DNA from: Spirochaetales bacterium
Lineage (GTDB): Bacteria; Spirochaetota; Spirochaetia; DSM-27196; SLST01
Direction of reading: 5' to 3'
Assembly (NCBI GenBank): GCA_030642995.1
Contig: DAOWMR010000001.1
Coordinates: 1-34,052 of the forward strand
Length of the DNA: 34,052 nt
The position numbers and the translations under genes were made by a program. The notes beneath the pieces are model-generated. The model was not told the DNA's origin. It ran no database searches and saw only the letters and a program-made list of their open reading frames with translations. Shown piece by piece: positions 25,652 to 34,052 of this stretch (its first letter is position 1; the number at the start of each line of letters is the position of its first letter).

Positions 25652-26097
25652 CGCGTCTCCTGCACTGCAGCGTTCACTGCCCTGCTTCGGCTCTCATACA
25701 ATTCCAGCGCGTTGCCCAGCGCCCAGCCGCGAAGGCCGGAGGCCTCTACTTCATACCAGATGTTCCCAGGCCCCCGCAGGTCGTTGGTCACTGTACTGAT
25801 CGATACAATCTCGGCTACATCCCCGATTCGCAGGTTCCCCCGGATGTCGGAGTCAACGGAGGGTTCTGCTCGAACCAGAACGTACAAATCCGCGGCAACC
25901 GCCCAACGCGGTCGGACGGAAATCACCGGAGTAGTAGGAAGGTTCACACCGCTCTCTTCCGGCGTTCGGGAGCATCCGGCAAGACCGAGAAGCAGGACAC
26001 CTAGTACGAACAGCGTGATCCTTCCAAGAGAACCTCTGTGGACTTGACCGCGGAGAGACAGTTGTGCATCCTCAGATTGTATGAATCGCCTGAGCAT
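25648..26097 (-). CDS. lipoprotein with a bacterial SH3-like domain
   Basis: The lipobox is LGLAGC after a hydrophobic h-region. The SH3b-like segment is LYVLVRAEPSVDSDIRGNLRIGDVAEIV...IWYEVEASGLRGWA. I chose the ATG at 26097 (AGGA SD 10 nt upstream) over the ORF-track start at 26184. Confidence 0.55.
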   Translation of the reverse strand: MLRRFIQSEDAQLSLRGQVHRGSLGRITLFVLGVLLLGLAGCSRTPEESGVNLPTTPVISVRPRWAVAADLYVLVRAEPSVDSDIRGNLRIGDVAEIVSISTVTNDLRGPGNIWYEVEASGLRGWALGNALELYESRSRAVNAAVQETR

Positions 26098-26719
26098 AAC
26101 AAGAGTCCTGCTAACCTTCCTGCTCGTGGTGCCGCACGCACAGAGTGCGTATGCAGAGACTGCATCTGCAGAACTGATGATCATCGCGGGGAGCGATAAT
26201 GCCGCCCTGCTGGCTCAAGATACTCGATTCGATCCACGGCTGCAACTCCAATCGTCCCTTCAATTTGGCGTCGGCGTGCACTTCGTGAGCGGTTTCGAGT
26301 TCGCCGGCGGTATCGGTGTGGTACGCGCCATACCAACATCCCCTGCAGTCGGGTACAGCTACGCGGGCTGGACGGGGAGGACGACGTGGTCAAGGATTGG
26401 GTACGTTCGCCCCGGCCGGTCGCCCTTGGGCGTTCAGTTCTCGGCGTATGGCGTGTTGGCAGGGTACGACGCAACCTACCTCCTCTCGTTCTTTCCGATC
26501 CTGGAACTTGCACCGACGCTCCAGATTCCGTTAACCCGAGGCGCCGTCGTCTCGGTCGAACTGCCGATCGGATGGGAGATCCGTCGTGATCTCGGCCTCA
26601 AGATCGGCGAGGCATTCGTACTGCCGGGGGCGATATACCTGGGTCTCTCCGCCGAGTTGCGCTTGTCCGTGTCACGCGCAACCGAACAGAATGGAAAGGA
26701 ACAACGAAGGATAATATAG
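26081..26719 (+). CDS. secreted hypothetical protein, possible small (about 8-strand) outer-membrane beta-barrel
   Basis: The signal peptide MNRLSITRVLLTFLLVVPHAQSAYA has an AYA-E cleavage site. Repeated amphipathic beta-like segments follow (LQFGVGVHFVSGFEF, LGVQFSAYGVLAGY, AVVSVELPIGWEI, AIYLGLSAELRLSV). No SD was seen. Confidence 0.5.
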   Translation: MNRLSITRVLLTFLLVVPHAQSAYAETASAELMIIAGSDNAALLAQDTRFDPRLQLQSSLQFGVGVHFVSGFEFAGGIGVVRAIPTSPAVGYSYAGWTGRTTWSRIGYVRPGRSPLGVQFSAYGVLAGYDATYLLSFFPILELAPTLQIPLTRGAVVSVELPIGWEIRRDLGLKIGEAFVLPGAIYLGLSAELRLSVSRATEQNGKEQRRII

Positions 26720-26720
26720 T

Positions 26721-27764
26721 ATGAGTGTCGTGCGTACGTTCCTGACTTGTCTACTCATAGGTGTCGCGGCAAGCCTGTTGAGCGGCTGTGGTGCACTCCC
26801 TGTGAATCTGCCACGGGGATTCGCAATCGTATACGGTGTCGCAGACTACAGTGAGATCAACGACCTCAATTACTCGGATAATGACGCAGTGGACATCTAC
26901 AACCTCCTGACCAGTGACGAACAGGGGTTCAGTCCGGATGACGTCATCCTCCGAACAGAAGCCGACGCAACCAAGACCCAATTGGAGATCGACTTTGAGG
27001 ACATTGCCTCGCAGATCAATTCGTTGCCGGACCCCACGCTCACAAGATTTGTCTTCTACTTCGCCGGTCACGGCTACGGCGATGGGATGGGCAATCCCAA
27101 TGGCCTCCCGGCGGTGTGGCAGGACTACTTCAACGATTCGCAGGACAGCTCAGAGCCGCAAGGCGCCGGGATGTACACCGACTACATCTTCCTCCACGAT
27201 CTATCGCTTGTTGGACCGGTGAGTGTTGAGGATGTAAAATTGGAACTGGAACGCGCGGCGGAGAGCGACGACGATCTTGCGCTCCACCTGGAGAAGATCG
27301 CTTCCCGGCAGAGGATCGTTGTGATAGATGCCTGCCATTCGGGCGGGTTCATCGGAACCGGGACGGCCGTTGATACGGTACCACCGGCCTATGAGGGCGA
27401 CGGCACCGGGATCTCCTTCATCGACGGACTGGCCGCGATCACGCTCTACGCCGAGAATGATTCGCAGGGATCGGCGGACATCGGACCGGAGACAGTGGTC
27501 ATCACCGCCGCCGGGGAGCAGGAGTTCTCCCATGAGTATCTGCCGTGGGTCGGTATTGAAAACGGCATCTTCACCCACTACTTCCTGGAGACGGCGACTA
27601 TGGCAGACTCGAATTATGACGGCTATGTGACGGTATCTGAAGCGTACGGCTATGTCGTTCGGTCCATTGAAGCATTCGAGAATCCCGATCTCTATGGAGA
27701 CTGGAAGTTCATCCCCCGACTCGGCGCCTCCGGTGTGGATTTCGTGATGTTCAAAGCACGGTAG
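26721..27764 (+). CDS. caspase-like (peptidase C14) lipoprotein
   Basis: The lipobox is LLSGC (Cys23). The catalytic His context is VFYFAGHGYG (His117) and the catalytic Cys context is VVIDACHSGGF (Cys205). The gene starts 1 nt after the stop of the barrel-like gene. Confidence 0.8.
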   Translation: MSVVRTFLTCLLIGVAASLLSGCGALPVNLPRGFAIVYGVADYSEINDLNYSDNDAVDIYNLLTSDEQGFSPDDVILRTEADATKTQLEIDFEDIASQINSLPDPTLTRFVFYFAGHGYGDGMGNPNGLPAVWQDYFNDSQDSSEPQGAGMYTDYIFLHDLSLVGPVSVEDVKLELERAAESDDDLALHLEKIASRQRIVVIDACHSGGFIGTGTAVDTVPPAYEGDGTGISFIDGLAAITLYAENDSQGSADIGPETVVITAAGEQEFSHEYLPWVGIENGIFTHYFLETATMADSNYDGYVTVSEAYGYVVRSIEAFENPDLYGDWKFIPRLGASGVDFVMFKAR

Positions 27765-27782
27765 GGCGTCCGTAGCGCGGCG

Positions 27783-29780
27783 CTAGGGACCGGCGCCAAT
27801 TTCCTTCAGATTCGAAATCTCGTCCCGTATCACGGCCGCTTCTTCAAACTCGAGATCCTTGGCTCGCTCGAGCATCTCTGCCTCCAGAAGCTTGACGAGC
27901 GCCTTTCTCTGCGTGGGGACCATGACATTGTAGCTCTGCATGAGTATTTCAATGGATTGCTGCTGATTCTGTCTGTGCTCTTTCCTCTTACGAACAAGTA
28001 TGTCTCTGATTGCTTTGGAGATGCTTTTCGGTGTGATGCCGTGTTTATCATTGTACGCCAGTTGTATCTTCCGTCGCCGCTCAGTCTCTTGAATGGCCAG
28101 ATCCATAGCGTCGCTCATGCGATCCGCGTACATGACGACTTTCCCGTTGACATTGCGTGCCGCTCTTCCAATGGTCTGGATCAACGCAGTTGAAGAGCGC
28201 AGAAAGCCAATCTTGTCGGCGTCCAGAATCGCAATGAGAGAGACCTCCGGGAGATCCAGCCCCTCCCGGAGCAGGTTGATCCCAACGAGTACGTCAAACT
28301 CGCCCTTCCGAAGCTGGGTGAGGATCTCCACCCGTTCAATGGTCTCAATCTCCGAATGCAGGTACCGAACCTTGAGCCCGAGATTGGTCAGGTAGTCGGT
28401 CAGATCTTCGGACATCTTCTTGGTCAAGGTCGTGACCAGAACCCGTTCGCGCGCGGCGACTCGCTCGCGAATCTCCCCGTAGAGATCCTCGATCTGCCCC
28501 TCACTCGGCCGAACGACGATCACAGGATCAAGCAGCCCTGTCGGCCTGATGATCTGCTCTACGACTTGATCACTCTTTTCCAACTCGTCTTTGCGCGGCG
28601 TCGCAGACACGAACACTACCTGGTCCAGCAGCGACTCAAACTCGTCAAACATCAGCGGTCGATTGTCGAGAGCCGAGGGCAATCGAAATCCGAAGTTCAC
28701 CAAAGAGAGCTTGCGGCTGCGGTCGCCGGCGAACATCCCGCCCACCTGTGGAACAGTGACGTGGCTTTCGTCGATGAAGGTGAGGAATCGGTCGGGAAAG
28801 TAGTCGATAAGAACGGCCGGTCGCTCTCCCTCGGCACGACCGCTGAGATGGCGGCTGTAGTTTTCAATTCCTGAGCAGTACCCCATCTCGTTCATCATCT
28901 CAATATCGTACTCGGTCCGACTCTTCAACCGCTGCGCCTCAACAAGTTTCTCTTCGGCCAGCAATTGCCTGTGCCGATCGGAGAGTTCGTCGCGAATGAG
29001 ACTCACCGCCTCACGAATCTGGTCCTGCGACATGACGAAGTGTTTCGCCGGGTAGATCATTGCCACATCTATCTCGGCAATGGGCTCACCCGAGACCGGA
29101 TTGATCAACTTTATGGCTGCTATCTCGTCCCAATCCAGCTCAATGCGATAGGCTTCCTCGGCGTAGGCCGGAAAGATTTCCACCACTTCTCCCCGAATAC
29201 GAAACTTGCCCCGTTGCAGAATATCGTCATTACGTTCGTACTGAAGATCAATGAGTTTCCGTCGTACAAGCGAAAGATCGATCTCAGATCCGCGATCCAG
29301 CCTAAGCCGCATCTCGCGATAGTCACGTGGGCTCCCAAGACCGTAGATACACGAAACCGTAGCGACAACGATAACATCCGAGCGTTCGAGAAGACTCGTC
29401 GTCGTCGAGAGCCGCATACGCTCAATCTCCTCATTGATGGAGGCATCCTTCTCAATGTAGAGATCCCGGCTCGCAACGTATGCTTCCGGCTGATAGTAGT
29501 CGTAGTAGGAAACAAAGTACTCTACGGCGTTTTGAGGAAAGAACTCGCAGAATTCCCGGTAGAGCTGTGCCGACAGGGTCTTATTGTGACTGATCACGAG
29601 GGTCGGACGCTGCACCGCCTCTATGATCTTGGCCATGGTGTAGGTCTTGCCGGACCCTGTAACGCCACGCAGGGTCTGGAATCTGTGGCCGGAATTGATC
29701 CCGTGAGCAAGTTTCTGAATGGCGGCGCCCTGGTCCCCGGCGGGCGCAAACTCAGCTTCAACCGAGAACTGTCGAGTCAC
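27783..29780 (-). CDS. uvrB: excinuclease ABC subunit B
   Basis: Motifs are [18 protein letters not shown], the beta-hairpin region [10 protein letters not shown], and the C-terminal UVR domain [12 protein letters not shown]. The start is GTG at 29780. Confidence 0.97.
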   Translation of the reverse strand: MTRQFSVEAEFAPAGDQGAAIQKLAHGINSGHRFQTLRGVTGSGKTYTMAKIIEAVQRPTLVISHNKTLSAQLYREFCEFFPQNAVEYFVSYYDYYQPEAYVASRDLYIEKDASINEEIERMRLSTTTSLLERSDVIVVATVSCIYGLGSPRDYREMRLRLDRGSEIDLSLVRRKLIDLQYERNDDILQRGKFRIRGEVVEIFPAYAEEAYRIELDWDEIAAIKLINPVSGEPIAEIDVAMIYPAKHFVMSQDQIREAVSLIRDELSDRHRQLLAEEKLVEAQRLKSRTEYDIEMMNEMGYCSGIENYSRHLSGRAEGERPAVLIDYFPDRFLTFIDESHVTVPQVGGMFAGDRSRKLSLVNFGFRLPSALDNRPLMFDEFESLLDQVVFVSATPRKDELEKSDQVVEQIIRPTGLLDPVIVVRPSEGQIEDLYGEIRERVAARERVLVTTLTKKMSEDLTDYLTNLGLKVRYLHSEIETIERVEILTQLRKGEFDVLVGINLLREGLDLPEVSLIAILDADKIGFLRSSTALIQTIGRAARNVNGKVVMYADRMSDAMDLAIQETERRRKIQLAYNDKHGITPKSISKAIRDILVRKRKEHRQNQQQSIEILMQSYNVMVPTQRKALVKLLEAEMLERAKDLEFEEAAVIRDEISNLKEIGAGP

Positions 29781-29783
29781 CGG

Positions 29784-31067
29784 TCAATCCCACTGGAAAC
29801 GCGCGGGTCGTTCCACCAGGGTTACCGTCGTCTCACGCCGGCGACCGTTCCGCAGATAGATCACCGAGACGGTTTCCCCTGGAAGGTTGTCTTCAAGGGC
29901 CTCGTAGAAGTTCGCGACCGAGTTCACCTCAATTCCGTCTACCTCAATGATGATGTCCCCGCCAAGGTAGATGATGGTCCTGCCGAAGCGCACGGGACGG
30001 TCTGTGCTCCCACCCTGAAGACCCGCCTGGTCGGCGTTACCTCCGGGCTCAACCTGGCTCACGAGAAGACCACGATAGGCCGGCACTTTGTCGATTGCAG
30101 CAATCTGTGGGATGATCTCCCGCGGGATGATCTCAATCCATCCGCGCCGAACGGTTCCAAATTCAATGAGATCCGGCACCACACGTCGGGCAGTATCCAC
30201 GGGAACGGCAAACCCGATACCGATGGACCCGCCGGTCTGTGAGTAGATCATGGTGTTGATCCCGATCATATCGCCGCGCGAATCAAGGAGCGGTCCTCCG
30301 GAATTGCCGGGATTGATACTGGCATCGGTCTGGATCATACCTTGAATGATCAGGTCCTTGTCGTTTCGAAGACTCCTGCCGAGACCGGAAATGATTCCTG
30401 TCGTCAGTGTCCGGTCAAGCGCAAAAGGGTTTCCGATGGCGAGCACTTTCTGCCCAACCCGCAGGTCCCCCGACTTTCCAAAAGGCACCGTCCGCAATTT
30501 ATGATCTTCCGGATCAAACTTGATGACGGCAAGGTCATTCTCACCGTCGGAGCCGATCACTTCCCCCAACAGCGTCGTCCCATCGGAAAGCGTCACGTAC
30601 ACCCGCACGGCGTCCTCTACCACATGCTGGTTCGTCAGCACGTAGCCGCGGCTGTCGATGATGCTCCCGGAGCCGGTCGTTCCGCGTTCAGGAACCGGTT
30701 CAAGGAACCAGGTGTAGGCTATCGTCTCAGTCGTGATATTGACGACGCCTTCGTTGCGCATCTGAAAGATTCGGATGTTCTCGAGCTCGTCGTCGGTATA
30801 GTCCGATCTAGGATCAGTCGTCACCGCTAAACCATCTGAGTTCGGATTCGTCTCAAACCGAAAGGTGGGTTCCGGCCTGATGTCTTCACCTACCGAACTG
30901 CCCTCGAACCCGCCGGAGCTGTCTGCCCCACCACGATCACTGAAAATGCCAAATCCGAACGCCAGCAGCAGCACAACCAGCGCGCTGGCAACCGAGAAAA
31001 AGAAAACCTGTCCGCGGCTATAGAGCTTCACGCCTACAATATATCGAGCGTATGCGACGGATGCCAA
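29784..31067 (-). CDS. htrA: HtrA/DegP-family serine protease (S1C) with an N-terminal membrane anchor and one PDZ domain
   Basis: The catalytic triad contexts are TNQHVV, NDLAVIK and GNSGGPLL. The PDZ-like C-terminus contains GGDIIIEVDG. The start (TTG at 31067) is uncertain. Confidence 0.9.
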   Translation of the reverse strand: MASVAYARYIVGVKLYSRGQVFFFSVASALVVLLLAFGFGIFSDRGGADSSGGFEGSSVGEDIRPEPTFRFETNPNSDGLAVTTDPRSDYTDDELENIRIFQMRNEGVVNITTETIAYTWFLEPVPERGTTGSGSIIDSRGYVLTNQHVVEDAVRVYVTLSDGTTLLGEVIGSDGENDLAVIKFDPEDHKLRTVPFGKSGDLRVGQKVLAIGNPFALDRTLTTGIISGLGRSLRNDKDLIIQGMIQTDASINPGNSGGPLLDSRGDMIGINTMIYSQTGGSIGIGFAVPVDTARRVVPDLIEFGTVRRGWIEIIPREIIPQIAAIDKVPAYRGLLVSQVEPGGNADQAGLQGGSTDRPVRFGRTIIYLGGDIIIEVDGIEVNSVANFYEALEDNLPGETVSVIYLRNGRRRETTVTLVERPARFQWD

Positions 31068-31070
31068 TAC

Positions 31071-32618
31071 TTACACTGTTGACCACAACGACTGGTCCTC
31101 TCCATTTCGACGATGTGCCACGGCTTCCAGAACATGGTCTTCCGAGACAAGGTCAGTATCCTCGATGTCGGCGATTGTGCGGGCTACCCTCGCCACGGAT
31201 ACGGACGCGCGCGCAGACAGACGCAACTTGATGCACGCCGCACGATATGTACGCCTGGCGAGTTTAGTCATCTCAACGACCGCAAACAGGCGCTCTACCG
31301 GCAGCTCAGCATTGTACCGGCATCCAGCCCGATTTCGTCTACCTTCCTGTCGAGCCCGGGCTCTGAACACGGCACGCCGCATATCGCTGCTGCTCTCGCC
31401 GACCGGCAACGAATCGATGTCCCGTGACGCGACCGCAACACGCAAATCCACCCGGTCCAATAGCGGCCCCCCAAAGCGCCGCCAGTAACGTTCCACCTCG
31501 ACGAGGCTGCACATGCACTCTCGGTCAGGCCTGCCGAGATTGCCGCACGGACAGGGATTGGCCGCCATGAAAAGCTGAAACGCCGCGGGAAACCAATAGC
31601 TGCGACCGGCTCTGGAAATGCGCACGCATCGTTTTTCGAGAGGCTCGCGCAACCCCTGCAGTGCCGGGCGTTGAAACTCCAGGGCTTCATCAAGGAAAAG
31701 AACGCCCCGGTGCGCAAGTGAGACCTCGCCGGGACGAACCAACCGACCTCCCCCGAGCAGTCCTTCGACCGAACTGTTGTGGTGTGGAGTGCGAAACGGC
31801 CGTTCTAGAATCAGTCCGCCGCCGGTTGAGGTCTGCCCCCCTCTCAGCGAATGAACGCGCGTAACCTCAAGTGCTTCTTCACGACGCAGAGGCGGAAGAA
31901 TGGTGGGCAACAGGGAGATTCCCATGCTCTTCCCGGCGCCGGGTGGCCCAACGACAAGAAGATGGTGCCCGCCGGCGGCGGCGAGGGCGAGGACGCGCTT
32001 GAAGACTCCGTTCCCACGGAGATTGATGTAGTCATCGCCGAGCGGACATGTCGGCGCGGAGCGCCTGCCGAGCGCGATCTCTGCGGGAGGTTGTTTCGGT
32101 ATCTGTGCGGCACCGAGATCGTTCAGCAGCCTTCCCAGTTGGGCCAGGTGTTTCACAACCCCCACGCGCCCCACCCCGACGGCCATAGCTTCTCCGTGAT
32201 TCCCATGAGGGACCAGAAACCGCTGGATCCCTGAACGCGCAGCTTCGTCAACAGCCGATATCCCGCCGCGCACTTGCCCAACTGAACCGTCCAGATGCAG
32301 TTCGCCGAGCACCAGGAGTTTGGCGATTGGCGGCGGTTTGAGCTGCCCTGATTGAAGGATTACGGCCAAGGCAATCGCCAGATCAAACCCGTTCCCGGCT
32401 TTTGGGACATCGGCAGGAGCCAGGTTGATCAGTACCCGCTGAGTCGGATAGGAAAAGCCGCTGTTGCGCAGTGCGACGCGAACGCGGTCTTTCGCTTCAC
32501 GAACTTCGCTGGCAGGCAACCCTATGATATCGGTCCCCGGAATCCCGATCCGGAGATCGACCTCTACCGAAACCAGCTGCCCCCTATATCCAAGCGGTGC
32601 GTACGAGATGATCTCCAT
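31071..32618 (-). CDS. YifB/ComM-family Mg-chelatase-like AAA+ ATPase
   Basis: The N-terminal Lon-protease-like domain is VEVDLRIGIPGTDIIGLP...KDRV. Walker A is GPPGAGKS and Walker B is LFLDE. A Cys-rich insert is NPCPCG..C.C. I prefer the ATG at 32618 (MEIISY...) to the TTG at 32630. Confidence 0.9.
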   Translation of the reverse strand: MEIISYAPLGYRGQLVSVEVDLRIGIPGTDIIGLPASEVREAKDRVRVALRNSGFSYPTQRVLINLAPADVPKAGNGFDLAIALAVILQSGQLKPPPIAKLLVLGELHLDGSVGQVRGGISAVDEAARSGIQRFLVPHGNHGEAMAVGVGRVGVVKHLAQLGRLLNDLGAAQIPKQPPAEIALGRRSAPTCPLGDDYINLRGNGVFKRVLALAAAGGHHLLVVGPPGAGKSMGISLLPTILPPLRREEALEVTRVHSLRGGQTSTGGGLILERPFRTPHHNSSVEGLLGGGRLVRPGEVSLAHRGVLFLDEALEFQRPALQGLREPLEKRCVRISRAGRSYWFPAAFQLFMAANPCPCGNLGRPDRECMCSLVEVERYWRRFGGPLLDRVDLRVAVASRDIDSLPVGESSSDMRRAVFRARARQEGRRNRAGCRYNAELPVERLFAVVEMTKLARRTYRAACIKLRLSARASVSVARVARTIADIEDTDLVSEDHVLEAVAHRRNGEDQSLWSTV

Positions 32619-32658
32619 GCTGAGAGACAACTGGGAAAAATCGACTGTCGCTTCAGTT

Positions 32659-33105
32659 CTAGATGTCTATCTGCGCAATCTGACCCTGAACGAGCTGATC
32701 GCACCGCTCGTTCAGGATGTTTCCGGAGTGACCGCGAACCCACTTCCATCGCGGATGGACAAGCTCATCCAACTCGTGTAAACGCACCCAGAGATCCTGG
32801 TTCTTCACTGGTTTCCGGGCAGCCGTTTTCCACCCATTGCGCAGCCAGGACTGTATCCAGGTCGTGATGCCATTTCGTACATACTGTGAATCGGTGTGTA
32901 TATTGACCGTTCGGTCACCGTATCCCTGCTGGACTACGTACCGGAGAACTTCAATCACTGCCTGTAGTTCCATCCGGTTATTCGTTGTCTGTAATTCGCT
33001 GCCGCTGCGTTCCGTGCAATCGCTCGCTTGAACCAAGAAAGCCCACGCCCCGGGACCAGGGTTGCCGTGGCAACCACCGTCAGTGTAAACCTCTATGCTC
33101 TCCAC
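32659..33105 (-). CDS. rnhA: ribonuclease HI
   Basis: Motifs are VYTDGGCHGNPGPGAWA, TNNRMELQAV, HTDSQYV and WVRGHSGNILNERCDQL, which include the DEDD catalytic residues. The start is GTG. Confidence 0.92.
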   Translation of the reverse strand: MESIEVYTDGGCHGNPGPGAWAFLVQASDCTERSGSELQTTNNRMELQAVIEVLRYVVQQGYGDRTVNIHTDSQYVRNGITTWIQSWLRNGWKTAARKPVKNQDLWVRLHELDELVHPRWKWVRGHSGNILNERCDQLVQGQIAQIDI

Positions 33106-33142
33106 GAGCGCACCGTATCAGAAAGACCGCTCAGTTCCAACC

Positions 33143-33171
33143 TTGACTGCCGTAACTGCTCTGAGTAGCAT
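33143..33171 (+). promoter_or_regulatory. putative sigma-70 promoter placed so that the downstream mRNA would be (nearly) leaderless
   Basis: TTGACT (33143..33148), a 17 nt spacer, then TAGCAT (33166..33171). The ATG of the next CDS is at 33177 and has no SD. Confidence 0.4.
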
Positions 33172-33176
33172 GCCGC

Positions 33177-33656
33177 ATGGTACACAGGTTTGACCCCAAG
33201 AGAGCACCGCGAGTATTCGTGTTGCCCGCCGCCGCTGTGATTGTGATTGGCGGTTCGATCCTACTCCTGGCTCTGGAACAAGTCCTCATTGGAGTCATCG
33301 CGCTCGCCATCAGCGCGTGGATTTCCTACCATCTTGTTCGATTCACTGTCTATCAATTCAGGAGCCAGGTTCAAACCTCTGATGACGAATTGGTCTGCAT
33401 AACGAGCATGGGAGCTGAAACGGGAATGCCGTGGTCGGCAGTGTCGCACGCCGGAAGCTATGCAACCGAGCGATCAGGCGTTTATCTCTTTGTCTATAAC
33501 GAAGGTGAGGATGAACTCCTGTCAATCCCGCCGTACTACACGGATCGAGAACAGCTGGACTCCCGAATTCGAGATAACGTCCATCAGTTTCTGGAACTCT
33601 CCGGTGCAAGCCCGGACGACCTCGGTGAAGCCCTCAAGCCTCATCTGGATGCGTAG
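33177..33656 (+). CDS. hypothetical membrane protein (two TM helices plus a small cytoplasmic domain)
   Basis: Two hydrophobic helices (VFVLPAAAVIVIGGSILLLAL and VLIGVIALAISAWISYHLV) are followed by a soluble domain of about 95 aa. I recognise no motif. Confidence 0.55.
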   Translation: MVHRFDPKRAPRVFVLPAAAVIVIGGSILLLALEQVLIGVIALAISAWISYHLVRFTVYQFRSQVQTSDDELVCITSMGAETGMPWSAVSHAGSYATERSGVYLFVYNEGEDELLSIPPYYTDREQLDSRIRDNVHQFLELSGASPDDLGEALKPHLDA

Positions 33657-33687
33657 CAGGGTGGGCATGAACCAGTACAACACAGAC

Positions 33688-34052
33688 TCACGAAACAGCC
33701 GCAGCTGACGTCAACAGTGGAACAATCGATCCGAACGCTTCGTCCAGACTGCCGGTCTCCTCCTGAAGTCCGAGCAAAGCGTATCCTTCCTCACCGTGAA
33801 TGATAGCCGGGAGAAAAAGTGCCTTTTGGAAGGAGGAGAGCTCTTCATCCGGACACAGACCGAGGAAATACTCCACTCGCCGGAGCGGTCGGTTGACAAA
33901 CAGGACAAGGCGTTTCTCAAGCACGTTGCGATAGATCCCACTCGAATGACTGATATGGAGAGCATGGAGGCAGGACTCTTCCAGACCAAGGCCGTACTTC
34001 GCCACGAGTTCACCGTCACCGACCGCGAACAGGACCCCCACCCGCGCGCGCC
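33688..34052 (-). CDS. C-terminal part of a hypothetical protein; reading frame stays open to the right edge
   Basis: The frame is open from the window end to the stop at 33688. The ORF-track M at 34041 is an internal GTG. I recognise no motif, and a GAF-like fold is only a guess. Confidence 0.4.
   Translation of the reverse strand, partial: RARVGVLFAVGDGELVAKYGLGLEESCLHALHISHSSGIYRNVLEKRLVLFVNRPLRRVEYFLGLCPDEELSSFQKALFLPAIIHGEEGYALLGLQEETGSLDEAFGSIVPLLTSAAAVS

Noticed and set aside
27765-27782. The palindrome TAGCGCGGCGCTA between the caspase gene and uvrB could be a terminator.
   Set aside because: It consists of the two facing stop codons plus 7 nt. The stem would have a 1-nt loop, which is not a plausible hairpin.
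28965-30242. A 425 aa ORF on the + strand spans the uvrB/htrA junction.
   Set aside because: It is entirely antisense to two strongly supported genes. Its composition is Arg/Gly/Pro/Leu-rich and it has no recognisable motif or SD. This is the open antisense frame expected in GC-biased coding DNA.
1-34052. I searched the whole window for CRISPR repeats, IS or transposase ends, integrases, tRNA or other structured RNA genes, toxin-antitoxin pairs and known defence-system genes.
   Set aside because: Nothing was seen. Intergenic space is minimal, and every long ORF has a housekeeping or envelope-type assignment. The helicase and caspase-like genes lack the partner genes expected of known defence systems.

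Overview
This is a densely coding chromosomal segment with about 35 CDS on both strands and many 4-11 nt gene overlaps. By eye I found no rRNA or tRNA genes, CRISPR arrays, transposases, integrases, phage genes or long repeats, and the longest intergenic gap is about 140 nt. Most of the content is housekeeping. From left to right: the 5' end of ppdK; an RpoS-like group-2 sigma factor; a SEC-C-motif protein; an orphan groES; punA followed by a DinG/XPD-type Fe-S helicase with an N-terminal RadC/JAB domain; asd-lysC; a J-domain protein; a WecA/MraY-family transferase; a long minus-strand operon murG-cvpA-holB-(PAS histidine kinase)-(sigma-54 activator); a secreted hypothetical; a complete seven-gene Pho unit pstSCAB-phoU-phoBR; a block of five envelope or signalling genes of unknown function (degenerate REC-GGDEF, DUF445, SH3 lipoprotein, small beta-barrel-like protein, caspase-like C14 lipoprotein); and the operon rnhA-yifB-htrA-uvrB. 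The orphan groES, ppdK, and an hk/sigma-54 activator pair lying next to murG and near an RpoS-like sigma resemble Spirochaetota, but I cannot confirm the taxon from this window. I see no clear-cut novel system such as a defence island. The best leads are: (1) a near-consensus sigma-54 -24/-12 promoter directly upstream of the RpoS-like gene, which also moves its start codon; (2) the JAB-DinG fusion with an intact JAMM motif; (3) a GGDEF protein with a destroyed active site but a preserved RxxD I-site, in an operon with DUF445 and an SH3 lipoprotein; (4) a beta-barrel plus caspase-like lipoprotein pair; and (5) a murG that has no canonical start codon upstream of its essential G-loop. All functional calls come from recognising motifs in the supplied translations. 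No database search was run.
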